NCBI GenBank assembly: GCA_963775425.1
Contig: CAVZJB010000012.1
Coordinates: 288,001-352,000 of the forward strand
Origin: an uncultured delta proteobacterium
Lineage (GTDB): Bacteria > Myxococcota > UBA727 > VGSZ01
Direction: 5' to 3'
DNA length: 64,000 nucleotides
In this document: positions 62,656 to 64,000 of the stretch, in pieces
How positions within the stretch are numbered: position 1 is the stretch's first letter
How the letters are laid out: each line of letters starts with the position of its first letter
Made by a program: the position numbers and the translations under genes
The notes under the pieces: model-generated
What the model saw: the letters and a program-made list of their open reading frames with translations, nothing else
Told to the model about the DNA's origin: nothing
The model's database searches: none

Positions 62656-63705
62656 TCAGCCGTCGCCGTCGCGAGGCTTGCCCGCGGTGGTGAGCACCGC
62701 GCGCCCGCCGAGCATGCCGATGGGCGTGAGCTCCGTGTCGCGGAACCCGGCGTCGGCCACCATCTGCCGCACCTCGACCTGCTCGTACGACTTCCCCTGG
62801 TCGGTCAAGACGAGCATCGTGAAGTTGAACATCAGCGCGGAGCTCGGCCCGCTCCTTCCGTCGTCGACGACCCAGTCCGACAGGAGCAGCCGGCCGCCGG
62901 GCTTCAAGCATCGGTGGCAGAACGACAGGAGCGCACGCGCCTCCGCCGGCGACTCGAGGTGGATGATGTTGGAGACGACGGCGACGTCGACCGGACCAAT
63001 CTCGGGAGGCCGTCGGTAGTCGCCGTCGACCGCGCGGAAGCAATCCGCGAGCCCGGCCGCTTCCACCACCTGCCGCGCTGCCGCGTTCACGTGCGGCAGA
63101 TCGAGCTGCGTGACCCGCGCCGCCGGGTCCGCGCGCAAAAACGCGAGCGCGTACAGCGCGCCGGCGCCGCCGCCGACGTCGAGGACCTCGGGGGCGGCGT
63201 CGCACCCGGCAGCGCGGACGACCTCCTCGGCGATGGCCCGGCCGCTGCGCGCCAGCGACGGGGTGAGCAGCGACCAGAAGGACGCCGCGTTTTCTCCTCC
63301 GATGGAGCGCGCCGGCACACCGTCGCGCACCATGCGATCGAGGTCCTGAAACGCCGTCAGCCACGCCTGGAAGAGCGCCGGCTGCTCGTCGCCGACGTAG
63401 CTCGGGCTCTCCGGCACGAGGAGCGCCTGCGCCGTCGGCGTGTTCGCGTAGCGGCCGGCGGTGACGCTCCAGAGCTTCAACGCGACCATGCCGTCGGCGA
63501 TCGCCTGTGTGCCGCGGAGCGACGTCGACGCGAACGCCGCGAGCTCTTCGACCGTCGCCGGGCCTGTGGACAGGCGCGCGCAGAAGCGGAACCGCAGCGC
63601 CGCCACGACGATGGCGTTCATGCGCGCGCCCTCGAGCGCCAGCGACACGGCGTTTGCTCCAAACACTGCACCGTTTGCTAGCACAGATCCCGGTGTGATA
63701 TTCAC
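62656..63705 (-). CDS. Class I SAM-dependent O-methyltransferase with dimerisation domain
   Basis: GPATVEELA wHTH, LDVGGGAG, DLPHV, SNIIH, LKPGG, DAGF. The true start may lie downstream of 63705. Confidence 0.88.
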   Translation of the reverse strand: MNITPGSVLANGAVFGANAVSLALEGARMNAIVVAALRFRFCARLSTGPATVEELAAFASTSLRGTQAIADGMVALKLWSVTAGRYANTPTAQALLVPESPSYVGDEQPALFQAWLTAFQDLDRMVRDGVPARSIGGENAASFWSLLTPSLARSGRAIAEEVVRAAGCDAAPEVLDVGGGAGALYALAFLRADPAARVTQLDLPHVNAAARQVVEAAGLADCFRAVDGDYRRPPEIGPVDVAVVSNIIHLESPAEARALLSFCHRCLKPGGRLLLSDWVVDDGRSGPSSALMFNFTMLVLTDQGKSYEQVEVRQMVADAGFRDTELTPIGMLGGRAVLTTAGKPRDGDG

Positions 63706-63725
63706 AGTGACGACGGGAGGAGCCG

Positions 63726-63980
63726 ATGCCGCATCCGGATCGCGAGCAGGCGGTGAAGTCGTTCATCATCGCGGAATTCCTCACCGGGAGAGAAGACGTC
63801 GTCGACGATGACAGCCATCTCCTCAAGCTGGGGATCATCGACTCCATCTCCCTCGTACGGCTGACGGGCTTCATCCAGGACGAGCTCGGGATCGAGGTGC
63901 CTCCCACCGAGGTCACGCCGGACAACTTCAAGTCCATCCGCTCCATCGTCGAGCTGCTCGGACGGCTGCGCCCCGCCTGA
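63726..63980 (+). CDS. Acyl/peptidyl carrier protein
   Basis: GGAGGAG RBS; LGIIDSISL phosphopantetheine Ser; NFKSIRSI. Confidence 0.92.
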   Translation: MPHPDREQAVKSFIIAEFLTGREDVVDDDSHLLKLGIIDSISLVRLTGFIQDELGIEVPPTEVTPDNFKSIRSIVELLGRLRPA

Positions 63981-64000
63981 TGGATTTCGCGCTGACCGAC
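63980..64000 (+). CDS. Start of a probable acyl-CoA/acyl-ACP dehydrogenase (partial)
   Basis: TGATG coupling; MDFALTD is a typical ACAD N-terminus, but only 7 codons are visible. Confidence 0.5.

Overview
Very GC-rich (by eye roughly 70-75%), gene-dense bacterial DNA. Gly-Glu repeat lipoproteins, Cys-rich lipoproteins, a DUF4388/PilZ protein and a Hanks kinase suggest a Myxococcota/deltaproteobacterium-like organism (inference). Family names are recognised from motifs by eye; no searches were run. Two things stand out. (1) An apparently undescribed lipid or small-molecule biosynthetic system with no PKS, split into two arms. Arm A (6.6-15.4 kb) has an UnbV/CRTAC1-like FG-GAP protein, an UnbU/RnfD-like membrane protein, a sterol-desaturase-type enzyme, a DarB/StlD ketosynthase fused to a heme-oxygenase-like diiron domain, a DUF6999-like protein, a delta9-type desaturase, a ferritin-like diiron protein and a small membrane protein. 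Arm B (30.1-38.8 kb) has an UnbU-UnbV fusion, a membrane protein, a GNAT-like protein, a GH3 amide ligase and a divergent second GNAT-like protein. An orphan Rieske oxygenase lies between the arms (22.4-23.5 kb). (2) An intact IS110 element (33149-34653) inserted at the stop codon of the UnbU-UnbV fusion. Its bridge RNA target and donor guides can be read directly from the sequence and match both junctions. The remainder holds a DUF1501/cytochrome c locus, gdhA, a hybrid kinase-CheR module lacking CheB, a DUF3857 transglutaminase, a TolC-MFP-RND pump with an amidase, a GH25 lipoprotein, a degenerate CcoI-like ATPase, a ferredoxin with korAB, and the start of another ACP/acyl-CoA dehydrogenase/O-methyltransferase cluster at the right edge. 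No rRNA, tRNA or CRISPR array was seen.
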